Both the position numbers and the translations under genes were made by a program. A stretch of DNA of 63,177 nt, the filler included, from Neolecta irregularis DAH-3 (Eukaryota), in NCBI GenBank assembly GCA_001929475.1. It is 11 parts of 11 records of this genome, joined end to end, with 100 filler letters (N's around TTAATTAATTAA, not from the genome) between each part and the next. Parts side by side here need not be neighbours in the genome. Positions count along the whole stretch, not along the records: positions 54,210 to 57,487 come from LXFE01000893.1; positions 57,588 to 59,335 come from LXFE01000895.1; positions 59,436 to 60,561 come from LXFE01000896.1; positions 60,662 to 62,000 come from LXFE01000898.1; positions 62,101 to 63,177 come from LXFE01000901.1; 6 more parts are not named here. The stretch is one strand, 5' to 3'. Within the stretch, counting starts at the first letter, position 1, and every line of letters starts with the position of its first letter. The notes under the pieces were generated by a model, which saw only the letters and a program-made list of their open reading frames with translations, was not told where the DNA came from and did no database searches. Of the stretch, positions 55,120-63,177 are shown one piece after another.

Positions 55120-57371
55120 ATGTCTTCACAATGGCCTCCATTCGACAAAGATATAAAAGATACAGACATGTTCTTATTTGACACAGACCACATGATATGG
55201 ATCAACTTGCCTCCAACTAATTTCAAGCAATATACAAAGAGCAACACTCTTCTCACCCCATCACAAGTCTTCTAATATGGCTTGCAGGCACTTTCTCCTT
55301 TCTGCCCTATTTAATATGCTGCAGGCACTTTTCTCCTCATCGCCCTCTTCTTTAAAACGTCTTGGAAAACACTCTATGACAACCAAGATGGATTGCAGTA
55401 CCTTTGGCTCGAGATATCCTGGTCAACATTCTTCCTTTCAAAAGTAATCGCAAAATACCTCCCGCAAATTATCGCAAAACCTCTTGCAATTATTACTAAT
55501 CATACCCAAACAATTAAAAATGCGCTTTCCTCCCTTTATAAAGATTTGCTGATAGCAATTTGGGCACTGTTTCTGTGGATAAATACCTCTTATATGGAAC
55601 CGTATGAATATATTTGATATTTATTCATTATAGATACTTGTCGCAAATAAATATAGGACTTTTATCATGTCCTCTACCTCTCTGCTTCAAGTTTCTGTTT
55701 GTTTCTATGCTAATTTATATCCTCATGGCGCTCGCTGCTCATTTATAGTACCACTCTTATCGTATAGTCTAATTACTAGTTCTTCATACTTGAAGGAACA
55801 AAGATTTGGCGAGAGGAAGACGAAAAACAATCTGCAGATTGCCATATTAACTCGGATGCTCGATCATTTGCTACAAACTAAGCCCGAGCTTCTTACTTCC
55901 GATCCCTATCTTGTTTCAGCCAGACAGCCAATTTCAGATACAATAGGCTCAATAATCGCTGCAATTACTTGTCAGAAATACTGCCATTCCCAAGCCGCTC
56001 CCCAGCTTGTCTATAATCTTTTGGATTCTAGAGGTGGGGCTAGGAAGCTGGCTAGAATATTGTTCACTGGCTATCGCGGATATATCCGCCAATTCCATCT
56101 TCAAGAGATTGGCGGGATCTATCTCATAGAGGAACACATGCTCGAGACATGTTTCCCAGATGACGATGAACGACAAAGAGTCTTTGAAAACCTCAAAATG
56201 GTAATCCTCCAATACTCTGGTTTGACTGTAGGGAAGTGATGACTTTGTCAGTGAATCTGCTCTCGAAAACTATTGTGTACGCGTAAACTGGAATCTGCTC
56301 ACTTTAAGGAGACAGTTTACAAAGACCGATTGGATATCCGGCCTGATGTCAAAATGGATCCTGTATTCAAAAAGGCTTACACTCTATTTACTGTCATTTC
56401 CCACGTATAGCAAGTCCAACAATATTACTTACCGTCAGGTTCTAATAGTCGTCGAAATCTTTTCAAGTTTCACAATTTCGCTTTTCCTCGTTATCATTCT
56501 CATTGGCCGCGCACTCACCAAAAGTGAAGTATCCATGGGAGGCTCGATGCTGAGTGTTGGCCACCAATACTTTCTTTGCAATTTCTTTTATCATTTCTTC
56601 GAGTTTCATCTTATACAAGACATCTTTGACATTTAGGGTTGGAGACTTTATCAAAATGGAGTGGAAGAACCCTGAACCCAAAGAAACTACAACTTTCTCG
56701 GGTCTATCGGCACTTTTTCCAGCACTACATAAACACCATGCACCCGACAATCAAATTTCAGCTTTTGTCAGACATATAGGCTTCTTTAATACAACTTTTC
56801 AATTACTCACCGGCGAAATCTTCACCATGAGAACATCAAAGGTCTACGATAGTACAATCTTCAATATGCAAAGAACTGCAGCTTTTTGCAAGACATATTC
56901 CTTTCAGGTCGCATTCGATACCCAAACCTCACAAATTGAATCTGTAAAACAACAGGTTGAAGCGTTCCTGAGTCAAAACTTTGAGTATTACAAACCCATG
57001 TTTATCTTTCAAATCGAAGACATACATTCACTAATGTCCTTGGAACTAGGCGCAACTGTATTTTACGATTTTAGTCCCCAGAACGAGATTCTTAGAATCG
57101 AGAAAGAGAACGAGGTAACACTAGTCCAACCTGTTTCTGAGATTAGTTCCTCCAAGCTCTTCATTCGGCTATGATGGATTGCAAAATTCGGTCAAAGTTG
57201 GCTGGGTTCCCTGGATATACAGCGGAACATCCACTTTACATAAAACTCTCTAAATCCACTCGCAGAGAATTTATTTCTGACGCTGACAGTGAGGCCGAAG
57301 CAGCAGCAAGCGACAAATGTCTCTCGTCCGATGATTTGAGTCTTCTAATGGTCGGTCAACAAGGAGTTTAA
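55120..57371 (+). CDS. Highly diverged MscS-like mechanosensitive channel (Msy1/Msy2 family); boundaries approximate
   Basis: ARKLARILF, FRVGDFI, IGFFNTTF..GE..IFNMQRT..FQVAFDT..IESVKQQVEAFL, in the eukaryotic MscS order, with hydrophobic N-terminal segments. Confidence 0.65.
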
Positions 57372-57674
57372 ATATATTTGCGTTCGCCAGCAAGAAAAAT
57401 ATCTCCATTTTCTAAAACAGGTGTTCTGTCCCACCTGTGGAATCGTCCCACCTGTGGAATCGCACAGCCACACCACCAAATCTGTAANNNNNNNNNNNNN
57501 NNNNNNNNNNNNNNNNNNNNNNNNNNNNNNNTTAATTAATTAANNNNNNNNNNNNNNNNNNNNNNNNNNNNNNNNNNNNNNNNNNNNTTTGCCGCGAACG
57601 ATAGTTGGGAGTTTTTCCAGCTATATTTTACCTATACTTATGGTAAAATTCAAAAAAGCAATCAAATAAACCAA

Positions 57675-57965
57675 ATGTGGGAGAAAATGGCTAATATAAA
57701 TTTCCTGCAAGATTTCGAATGTCCTCCTTCTGGACCCTCTGAGAACTACTTTCAACTTGTAGATCTTCTCATCTCACTTTTGCAGGGGCGTGATATCAAA
57801 TTTACATACGAGGAAGCCGACGAGTTTTTCAGGATGTATGTCCTTACAACAGAGCAGATGGATTCCAAAAAGGTCACTCGAGAGTATTTTGAGGAATTTA
57901 TCGATGAATATGTGAAAATGGTGTCAGTTGAGAGTGATTTGAACAATTTATCAATAGTTATATGA
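57675..57965 (+). CDS. Hypothetical 96-aa acidic protein
   Basis: ATG-initiated ORF with protein-like composition; no family recognised. Confidence 0.3.
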   Translation: MWEKMANINFLQDFECPPSGPSENYFQLVDLLISLLQGRDIKFTYEEADEFFRMYVLTTEQMDSKKVTREYFEEFIDEYVKMVSVESDLNNLSIVI

Positions 57966-60222
57966 AAGTGTCAGAGTAGATTCCTGATGAAATTGTGTGT
58001 TTATGGAAATTGATTAGTCTCTAGTGTTGCAGATGGCCCATATGAAGCTGTTATAGTCCTAATGCCAATGTGCTACACATTGAGATACCATCTAAACTTT
58101 GTAGTAGCAGATTATAGAGTGGCAATTATTACTGATCTCAGCATTAATGCTGCTGTTGTCCCTAAGCGTGAAGCACAGCACGCGCACTCGTTTCCAATGC
58201 GCCTTCCATCGGGGCTTTGCAGGCGAGGGTGTGGGTAAAAGAGCATTGCGGTGCTGGGTTTAGCAGCATAACAGGTCAAGGGCGTGGCCACCGTGTTGGC
58301 ACTTGCCAAGGATATTATTGTGAACAATCCAGTCTTTCGGGCAGCTTATTTTCCGTTGGTTGAACTAGGCTTCTAGGACACTATATGGGCCTGTCTATTG
58401 AGGGAGCAGCTTTGCTGATTTTCCTTCTTTCGCCATTGCCTTCCGGAAGATCTCTGTGCTGAGTAGTATTGAAGTGTCCCCATACTAACGGTGATCCACG
58501 GGTCGCCACAACCGTTCGGGGCGGCTAAAGGAACGGACGAAAGAAGCCGTCAACGTCATAGCCTCGGGCCCTCGGGGTAGTCATCGGACGGAATGGGAGT
58601 CAGAAATACTACATGCTGTCGATCACCTATTGCCCGCAACGTGCCCGACTGCCGCTAGTGCTGTTGTTCTCCGAAGCTCAGGCCCAGGCTTAGAAAAGTT
58701 GTAGACTAAAAGAGGCTATCTTTGCTGACAGAATCGCTGTCGTTCCCTTCTCAACTCCAAGTAAACGATCTGTCTGCTGGCGGTAGATTAAACAAGCTTC
58801 ATCCATTCTCTTGGATGATTGGTCAGATCTACCATCTGCAGATATGTATGTGATCTCATCATGTGATTCGCCAGCAGTTATGGTAACATAGTGACCTGAC
58901 CCAAACGAAACGACCAATACACGAGAGCGGTCACCAGTATTGTGTTTCCGTATGGCAAAGTAATATGAATTAGACTGATACGCAAAAGTATCTTTGGGCC
59001 CATACAACTTAAGAAAGAGTAATACAAGCTAATCAAAGTATGTTGAAAATTTAGGATCTGGAAGAATCCATGACTTGAGTGCCGAAATGAGTGACTTTCG
59101 ATCCAGATTATGCGATAGCAAAGCATGTGTTAGAACACTCGAGGATCTAGGACCGAAAATTTTCTCTGGTAGTGCAGCAGCGTACTAAGGGGACACGACT
59201 TCACCACAACGTCGCAACCCCCACCAGCTTACCACCGCCACCGCCAAAGTATCGGAACCAGCACAAGCAGCAGCAAGGGTAGCCGATCACCCCAGTCGGG
59301 CCTGTCACAGGCATCGCCACCCAGCCGATCAATAGNNNNNNNNNNNNNNNNNNNNNNNNNNNNNNNNNNNNNNNNNNNNTTAATTAATTAANNNNNNNNN
59401 NNNNNNNNNNNNNNNNNNNNNNNNNNNNNNNNNNNGCGCGGAACCGGGGGGGGGGGGGGTCTAAATAACCCCTACCCCCCACCAACCTTTACGGTAGGTT
59501 TATCCCACCCCCAACACATTCTGTGTTGGGGGGTACTGTTAGTGTTAACACCAATCATTAATTCTTCTCATCCAGCAGTATGATTTTCAGTCTAAAAGAA
59601 TGGCACATACTTGCTCAGCCCCCTGCCCACCAGCGCTGCTGCCCAAAAATCCCATCACTCCCACTGCTGTTACCACCCCAACCTCCACTGGGCGCTCGCG
59701 AAGCAGGGATGGCAAGGAGGGTGGAGAAGATGGCAGAGTTGAGGGGTGCGTGGAAGTGGGTGGAGACGGGGATGCCAAAGAGCAGGATGCTGCAGGGGCA
59801 CAGTTCAGCATGGCGGTTGAGCATGCGCAGGGCGAGACTGGGGAGGCATGGTCCAAGGAGACGAGGGCGATGTTTGCGACGAGGTGGACCGAGTGCAGCG
59901 GGTATGGCCGAGTGGCTGCAAAGTCTGGAGATGCTGTGAAAGCTGCGAAAGAGACCATGCAGAGATAATGTTGATTTGAGAAATATTGTAGAGAATATTG
60001 ATGATCTGGGCGGCCAATAAAATACGAATGGAGATTACAGGTAACGGCGCTGCCAACATCGAAAGAGCAGGCATACTTGCTGTACTTGAGTGAAGTAACG
60101 TCGTGGTCATGTGGAAATGCGCAGTTTGGAATTTTGTGTGCCGCCCAGCACCGAACACATTTTGTCGTGTTACGCGACGAAACCTCTTCTTCATTCAACT
60201 TAATTATCGTTTGAAGTCCACA

Positions 60223-60561
60223 CTGGCGCTGGGAATCTGCATCGTCTGCGAAAAGCAAAAGGGCAAATATAAATGTCCTAAATGTGAGAAGCCATAGTAG
60301 GTTTGTTTCTGAGCCATTGGTAACATCATAGCTGTTCTCTTCATTGTTATAAATCTCATAAAGACTCCCACCATAGCGAAGATGAGAAACCCAGACCATT
60401 GTTGAAAGAAGCACAAAGTCATTCAGAAAGAGAAGAGAAAATAGTCTCACTGCTCCCAGAGCAGCTCAGTAATCATCAACTTGATCAAATTTGTGAGGTT
60501 CCGAAAAATATATCTTACCATCACTAGTATCAGATCCACGAATCAACGGATTTCTTACACC
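60223..60561 (+). CDS. HIT1: zf-HIT protein (Hit1/ZNHIT3-like), 3'-truncated; start uncertain
   Basis: Spliced CIVCEKQKGKYKCPKCEKPYCSLHCYKSHKDSH. Confidence 0.7.
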
Positions 60562-60661
60562 NNNNNNNNNNNNNNNNNNNNNNNNNNNNNNNNNNNNNNN
60601 NNNNNTTAATTAATTAANNNNNNNNNNNNNNNNNNNNNNNNNNNNNNNNNNNNNNNNNNNN

Positions 60662-62000
60662 TCTCAAAAGGTAATGAATTTGGGGGTCCAGCATGCATCA
60701 CAATGTTCTTGCATTCGAGTAAAAGAGGTAGGTAGAGCTTTTGGAGGAAATTAGAGTCCGGTGGATCGAATACTGGTGATCCCCCATATTTTTCTAAAAT
60801 ATCCCTGGACCACTCTTCTACAGATTTAATTCTCATATTGTGAGAAAAATCTATTGAATCAACTTTTTGTGATGGCGTTGGCGATGCCAGTGATAGCCCA
60901 GGCTGTACAAGGTCGCGAATGCCATCTTTAATTGTATTGAGCAAGGAAAGACCTTCCTCATAGCGATCTTCGTCGTCATCATCTCGTGATTCCTTTGTTG
61001 TAGTAATAGGTCCAAGCGGGATGATTTTCATGGCATCATCAACTGCAATTGTACCAACGCCTTTCAGTCCTTTAATTCCGTATCCCATGGCACCGAGAAT
61101 CGCCCTGGTCTTTGGTCCTATGGAGCCGACAACTGATCGCTTCAATGAGTCATTTGGTGATAGGTAAGGATTCATCAAATAGTCGGCGTTATTGTCTTCG
61201 ACATGTGAGCTATCCGGCGAACTCGTAATGATATCATGATATAAATTTGAAGCGAAAACCACGTCTCCGTTCGTCGTCGTTGCAAATTTGAAAGCAGTTG
61301 CTATCTTCTCAGGAAAAGTTCCAACACCATCGCGCCAATGTTCGGTATCACTTCCCCAACGGTTGTTTAGCATCCTTCTTACTTCAGTTGTTGTTATCCA
61401 ATTATCTTCGAGCTTAAACTTGATGAATTTGCAGTACGCAGTATCATAATGCTGACTGGTTATTGTCTTATCATTTTTCACATCTTCCGTATAGTGGGAA
61501 ACAGGAGGCATTAACATGCTTCCTCCAAGCCACCATGAAAGGTGGAAGCCAAGTGTGTGTATCATTTCGTGCATCAGTATTTCAATGTGAAAGTTATCCA
61601 AGCCCGGCTGCATTAATCTTAGCATACTTTAACAAGTTGAACATACCGCATTCCAATGGTTATCAGGATTGAGAGATATTGTACTATCATATTCCATAAA
61701 AGGTGCTTGCAATGATTCGTATTCCCACCGGAAAAACATATTCTTGACAAGCGGCTGAGGATAGTACCTGAGTCGTAAGAAATTGGGATTTTGCAATGCA
61801 CTATAACCGTATTTCGTTGCCTATATCCAAAACAGGAATAAATGTACCGCCGTTAGCATATGCTAATGCTGAAATGTAAGGCAGAGTAGATTATGAAAGA
61901 GTACAATTTGTATATCGTAAATGTTCATCAAAAATGAAAAGCAATTTGATATTTTCATGGATCGAGACGACTTCTGCTATTCGCCTTCCAGCATCTTGGC
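60662..62000 (-). CDS. HExxH zinc metallopeptidase-like protein, truncated by gaps at both ends
   Basis: RYYPQPLVKN..YDSTISLN..W..ILMHEMIHTLGF..SSHV..DYLMNP..IGPKTRAILGAMGY. Confidence 0.75.
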
Positions 62001-62100
62001 NNNNNNNNNNNNNNNNNNNNNNNNNNNNNNNNNNNNNNNNNNNNTTAATTAATTAANNNNNNNNNNNNNNNNNNNNNNNNNNNNNNNNNNNNNNNNNNNN

Positions 62101-63069
62101 GTGTTGGCGGTACCTCGGGAAATCGAGATGGATCATTTGAAAAGACGATTGATTGTGAGGGAATATGTGAGAATGTTGTGAAAACTGTTAGTCAAACAGT
62201 GTCGAGTGAGAAAATCAGTCAAACAATGTCCAGTGAGAAAATCAGTCAAACAGTGTCGAGTGAGAAAACAGTGTCGAGTGAGAAAATCAGTCAAACAGTG
62301 TCGAGTGAGAAATCTCTCTTTGACATGATACAAACTCGAAAAGAGGAAATTTCCAAAAAGCGAGGGGCGATGGAATTTGATGTACCGATCCTGAAAAAGA
62401 TCCGCAGTGCGAAAAAGTTGACAGAAAAGACACCCCCGATGTCGTCTGATTCTTTAGAAAGCGAGAATAGCAGCAAGACTGGTTGTTTGAAAAAAGCAAA
62501 AAGAACAATGCCCAAGCCGCCGCATTTAGGAGATGGTATTGAGAAAAGTGAGACGGATAGGAGTGAGACAAATAGGGTATTGGAGACGGACAGGGTATTG
62601 GAGACGGACAGGGTATTGGAGACGGACAGGGTATTGGAGATGGACAGGACGGTATATGAGAAAGGCAGATTGGGCTACAGCCAACCGGGTGAAAGGGCAG
62701 CGGCCAAGGATGCGACCTCACGGATCAAGTGCGGCACAGGCGAGGAAAAGCAGGGGTGTGCAAAGCGGGGGCCGCCGCAGAAGAGACGGTGTCTGTGCTG
62801 TCTTGTGGAAAGCACGCCATGCTGGAGGCCGGGATGGCGGAATGCGGGCGGGATTCTGTGCAACGGGTGTGGACTACGGTACGACTGCCACGGCCAGAAC
62901 TAAGCGCGACAGGTACAAGAAGGGCGGGCTGCGGTGTGTGAACAGGGAGTGCCGGCACATTCCGCCGCGAACGGAGGTTCGGGCGATGCGGCATACGGCC
63001 GAAGAGAGGGAGGGTGGAATGCGGTGTTTGAAGTGTGGGGGCGCAGTGAAAAGTCGCGACGAGGAGTAA
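62101..63069 (+). CDS. Ash1-like GATA zinc-finger protein (5'-truncated)
   Basis: CLCC..ESTPCWRPGW..LCNGCGLR[intron]YKKGGLRCVNRECRHIP..CLKC is the Ash1-type extended finger. Contains 27-bp (SQTVSSEKI) and 18-bp (ETDRVL) tandem repeats. Confidence 0.8.
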
Positions 63070-63177
63070 GGCGCGCTATATAGGCATGTATATAATGGCT
63101 GTTGTTAATTTGAGGGAGAATTAGATAAGAACTCGATGTGTGGAGCATTCGGGGTGCGGGGGATTAGCGATCAACGG

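Noticed and set aside
58480-58690. GC-rich tract as a structured ncRNA (RNase P/MRP, ribozyme)
   Set aside because: No diagnostic conserved motifs were found on either strand.
59587-60450. 287-aa minus-strand ORF
   Set aside because: Partly antisense to the zf-HIT gene and running through low-complexity GC-rich sequence; no family features.

Overview
Eukaryotic, fungal and gene-dense. Gene content and style point to an early-diverging ascomycete (Taphrinomycotina, plausibly Neolecta-like; this is inference). The window is 11 contig pieces joined by ten 100-nt artificial spacers (N-run/TTAATTAATTAA/N-run), so adjacency across gaps is not established. About 30 intron-rich genes can be reconstructed. 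Recognisable ones include UBA4, RIM1, MZM1, DUR3, a Ste12-like factor, RasGAP gap1, Mis14/Nsl1, CWH43, UTP6, PTH4, NAB3, HTD2, an RRM protein, U2SURP, an SRA/YDG protein, a WSC sensor, RPO31, cyclin L, VPS17, CDC43, cyclophilin B, VTC5-like, MCP2-like, MTM1, MscS-like, zf-HIT, an HExxH protease and an Ash1-like GATA factor, plus two secreted But2-domain paralogs. Introns are tiny (about 29-45 nt) with relaxed signals. Most notable: (1) a 59-bp tandem array in which each unit appears to be a 30-nt exon plus a 29-nt intron; (2) repeat remnants that look CpG-deaminated in a window that also encodes an SRA methyl-C reader; (3) secreted paralogs whose introns and flanks are better conserved than their proteins; (4) a 5-nt microexon, weak GC donors and an apparent GT..AT intron; (5) a stand-alone biotinyl/lipoyl-like domain. 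All gene models were assembled by eye; no searches were run.
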